Shown: positions 63,623-64,000 of the stretch, one piece after another
How positions within the stretch are numbered: the first letter of the stretch is position 1
How the letters are laid out: each line of letters begins with the position of its first letter
NCBI GenBank assembly: GCA_964500775.1
Contig: CAZCQG010000003.1
Coordinates: 13,324 to 77,323, forward strand
Reading direction: 5' to 3'
Length of the DNA: 64,000 bases
From: an uncultured Campylobacterales bacterium
GTDB lineage: Bacteria; Campylobacterota; Campylobacteria; Campylobacterales; CAZCQG01
Notes under the pieces: model-generated
The model's database searches: none
The model's input: only the letters and a program-made list of their open reading frames with translations
Told to the model about the DNA's origin: nothing
Translations under genes and position numbers: made by a program

Positions 63623-64000
63623 TTATTTTACCTTCTCTAGATACTCCCCTTCTTCCGTGTTGACTTTTATCTTATCGCCTTCAAGTATATGATAAGGCAC
63701 TTGTACTACCGCCCCTGTCTCCAAAGTCGCAGGTTTTCTACTGCCGCTTGAAGTATCCCCTTTGAAGTTTGGAGGCGTTTCGCTTACCGTAAGCTCTACG
63801 ATGAGAGGCGGGTCTATCGAGATTGGTTTATCATTGTGAAATAAAACCGTGACGTTCATACTTTCAATAATCCACTTCGCGGTATCCCCTACTTGCTCTT
63901 CGGTGAGTGCGAGTTGTTCGTATGATTCCGTATCCATAACTTGGAAGTTTTCGCCGTCGTGATACAGGTATTGCATAGTTTTTTCTGCGAGGTTCGGCTC
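63623..64000 (-). CDS. efp: elongation factor P, N-terminus outside window
   Basis: The frame stays open to the window edge (..EPNLAEKTMQYLYHDGENFQVMD..). The C-terminal OB domains are present (GDKIKVNTEEGEYLEKV). Confidence 0.9.
   Translation of the reverse strand, partial: EPNLAEKTMQYLYHDGENFQVMDTESYEQLALTEEQVGDTAKWIIESMNVTVLFHNDKPISIDPPLIVELTVSETPPNFKGDTSSGSRKPATLETGAVVQVPYHILEGDKIKVNTEEGEYLEKVK

Noticed and set aside
1-64000. Search for CRISPR arrays, rRNA/tRNA genes, IS elements or transposases, toxin-antitoxin pairs and restriction-modification genes.
   Set aside because: No spaced direct-repeat arrays were seen. No intergenic gap exceeds 230 bp, and none shows a T-loop GTTCGAATC-like signature. 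There are no transposase-like ORFs or inverted terminal repeats. The only methyltransferase lacks DNA-methyltransferase motifs. A tRNAscan or Infernal run would be needed to be definitive.

Overview
This is a 64-kb chromosomal window with about 59 tightly packed protein genes. I saw no rRNA, tRNA, CRISPR array, IS element or prophage; every intergenic gap is under 230 bp. Gene content and order point to a Campylobacterota (epsilonproteobacterium-type) genome. Two blocks, serA-hyp-rpsA-ispH-aroA-pheT-pheS-HIT and rplI-hslV-hslU-era-csd6, match Helicobacter pylori gene order as I remember it. A single XerH-type recombinase and many TTG starts fit the same picture. Most genes are core housekeeping: acnB, dnaJ, recR, alr, ispG, proA, deaD-like, truD, thiL, nadCA, psd, bpt, efp. 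Between them sit several accessory or unusual modules. (1) A GH57-type glycogen operon at 1-7252 has a GalT-fold enzyme and no glgC. (2) A degenerate EAL-HDOD gene is translationally coupled to a 572-aa protein with no recognisable domain (7272-10245). (3) A fructokinase / SPS-SPP / sucrose synthase operon is followed by a SulP-STAS transporter (15346-22469). (4) An orphan 710-aa beta-propeller plus alpha-helical repeat protein lies at 33554-35686. (5) A 4-OT tautomerase is followed by a minimal ABC ATPase with no canonical start codon, then a globin-sensor-like GGDEF cyclase (38708-40817). (6) A ferredoxin-thioredoxin-reductase catalytic domain is fused to a rhodanese (45340-46068). (7) xerH has a difH-like 28-bp site 3 kb away, in a motif-dense 227-bp intergenic region beside an autotransporter gene (51079-55167). 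All functional calls come from reading motifs in the supplied translations. No database search was run, so family assignments are provisional and start codons are approximate.
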